DNA of 63,860 nt, counting the filler, from Atractiella rhizophila (taxonomy: Eukaryota): the NCBI GenBank assembly GCA_021432655.1. It is 4 parts of 4 records of this genome, joined end to end, with 100 filler letters (N's around TTAATTAATTAA, not from the genome) between each part and the next. Parts side by side here need not be neighbours in the genome. Positions count along the whole stretch, not along the records: positions 61,198 to 63,860 come from MU271394.1; 3 more parts are not named here. One strand, given 5' to 3'. A model generated the notes under the pieces. It worked only from the letters and a program-made list of their open reading frames with translations. It did no database searches and was not told where the DNA came from. Shown piece by piece: positions 61,948 to 63,860 of this stretch. The first letter of the stretch is position 1. Every line of letters begins with the position of its first letter. A program made the translations under genes and the position numbers.

Positions 61948-63860
61948 AGGGAGGGAAAGAGTGGAAGAGTTGAGACTGATGGAGATCGAATGGGACTAAG
62001 GCACATTATTTTCCCTGTCTCCCCTCAGCCCTCGATCAATAACGCCGGCCTGTCCTCCGATACCTTCGTAGAGCCTATCCAACTGGCAACTATTCCAACG
62101 GGTGGGCCAGGAGATGCCCAATACAGTCATTACGAGCGTGGAGCTGGTGGAGCAGAATAATGCCCGGCTCTTCAGCGGTCTTCTGGTGCCGATACCAACC
62201 GGTGCTTTGACCTCATTTTTTGTTCTCTCTTGCCAAGCACTTGTAATAGTCGTCTTGACACAACCACTTTGAGCTGTGGACAAGTCCCACCCGTCACGGA
62301 TCGAGCTTTGCCTTTTCGAGGCATTGAGTGTGAATGACGATTGATACGTTGGCGTCTCACGTCCTAAGTTCTACTCCGTTCTGCAGAAGAGCAAGCAGTC
62401 TGCTTCGCGTACAATTTTCATCATCCTCTCGTTTCGGAAGGGGACATTCTGACGCGATGTTGAAGCGTTCAAGCCCAACCCGCTTTGCTCAGCTTGTTCA
62501 TCGGACCAAGTGTCCTAATTGTTACTGATCTTGGAAACGATGATACATGGCTGTAGTGCTGAAAGCACTCCGCGATAAGATCATGATGTGGGTACGGCAC
62601 ACTGGACTCTGAGTGTGATAATCTTTAAGGTCCCGGAGTCCGGGATGATGCGAATCGGTGATTACTCGGAGCATATGCAACAAGGATAGAGCCAGCATTT
62701 ATTGGCTTACGATACGTGCTCGGCGTAGCTTTCACGCTGCTAGCTTGGCCCAACCATCATTTTTCACTTCACGGCCGTATGGAAGCCTGATGGAAGACAT
62801 CCTTTATTACTGTCTGCGTAAAAGAAGCGCGAAGGCCCTTTTTGCCAACACGGTTTGGAAGATCGTTTCGCAATTTCAAGCAATGCTTTATGGGAGCGGA
62901 AGCTGCAAGTAACCATCCGCAGGGAACTGGTCCATGCCGCAGGTTGCTTGATATGATGAGCCTAAGGAGATCGTTTCAAGTCCCCACAATATCGCGATTT
63001 CAATTCGTCTCAGCGTGCTGGACGTCCTCAGCTTGGTTGAGAAGCCAAGGTGGGTCCTGTTGAAGGACATAATGGAGCTTGGGGAGCGTTTGGATGTTCC
63101 CCGTCTGCTGGAATTGGACAATCAATTGGCTGCCGGCGTTTGTCCTCAGATAGACTCAACTCGAGATGTTGAGATTTACGCCGAGATTCATTAACCTTGC
63201 ACAAAGAGGAAAGTGAGCCTAATCTTGCGCTCGGATCTCCAGTTCTGAAAACGAACTACAACTCTGTCAGCCCAACAGGGCGTTGTGATCCTGGTTGGCG
63301 TGATGGCAGACGAGACGAGGGAACAATCATCGGAAGCGAGATATGTCGAGTTGTTTGGCCCTCGGAGGCATTGTTGAAGGCATTCTCATTGCAAATGTCG
63401 AACTGCTCTCAACCCACTTCATTGAACACGGACAGGTGGTTTGGAGAACTCTTCGTCGGACAACAGGGTTTCTGGATCCAAGGAATCGAGCTGTTCTCAA
63501 TGGACGCGTGAGCAGGTTTCCTGATCGTTGAAAACGTCGGTTCGGCAGGCACGTACCATACCGAGGTACCGCTGAGCAGCAGCCTTTACATTCGTTGGTG
63601 GTCGTGATGTTAGAGCAACCATCTCGATCTCACCCACTTCTGTCTCGTGTTGATCGATCAGTTCGTCCATTTCCTCCCCTGCACCTTGACTAGAATTGGG
63701 CTGCTCGTTCCATTCTTCCTCCGCGAGTTGAATAGCCTTTAAAAAGATCGATCTGATACCTTCGATGTTGAAAGTAGACGGACTAGAGCGTTCGTGGTGA
63801 TCTTGAGGGAGGAGGTGAAAGAAGAGCTGCAAAACACCTAGGTAATAATTGAGCAGGGAG

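Noticed and set aside
61996..63860. Possible minus-strand gene (ORFs 63497-63832, 62888-63121, 61996-62283)
   Set aside because: May be a real or decayed gene, but I could not build a coherent frame or assign a family.

Overview
This is intron-rich fungal genomic DNA from a basidiomycete; Pucciniomycotina is plausible but is my inference. It consists of four contigs joined by artificial 100-nt N-TTAATTAATTAA-N spacers, so genes on either side of a spacer may not be true neighbours. Recognisable genes: RSC1/2-like bromo-BAH protein, F-box/LRR protein, WetA/ESC1-like regulator, thiamine pyrophosphokinase, tRNA-Arg(TCG), TMEM184/OST-alpha protein, listerin (partial), WDR5 (partial), SART-1/Snu66, DNA 3'-phosphatase, guanine deaminase, a Zn2Cys6 factor, TSC2, M1 aminopeptidase (partial), an aldo-keto reductase, DNA polymerase eta, a secreted protein, an agmatinase and a family-16 methyltransferase (partial). 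A ~13 kb CpG-eroded transposon island (~7.3-20.5 kb) contains nested solo LTRs, a TIR element whose empty site is visible nearby, a decayed TET/JBP-type dioxygenase, an extremely AT-rich insert with a TGA-interrupted reading frame, and an intact orphan gene bracketed by perfect 68-bp direct repeats. The most striking signal is that 58971-61097 is reversed but NOT complemented. Read backwards, it completes the agmatinase gene (ending in KDEL) exactly at the junction and holds the start of a prolyl-tRNA synthetase, all invisible to six-frame translation. This is most probably an assembly error, not biology. All assignments come from motif recognition by eye; no searches were run.
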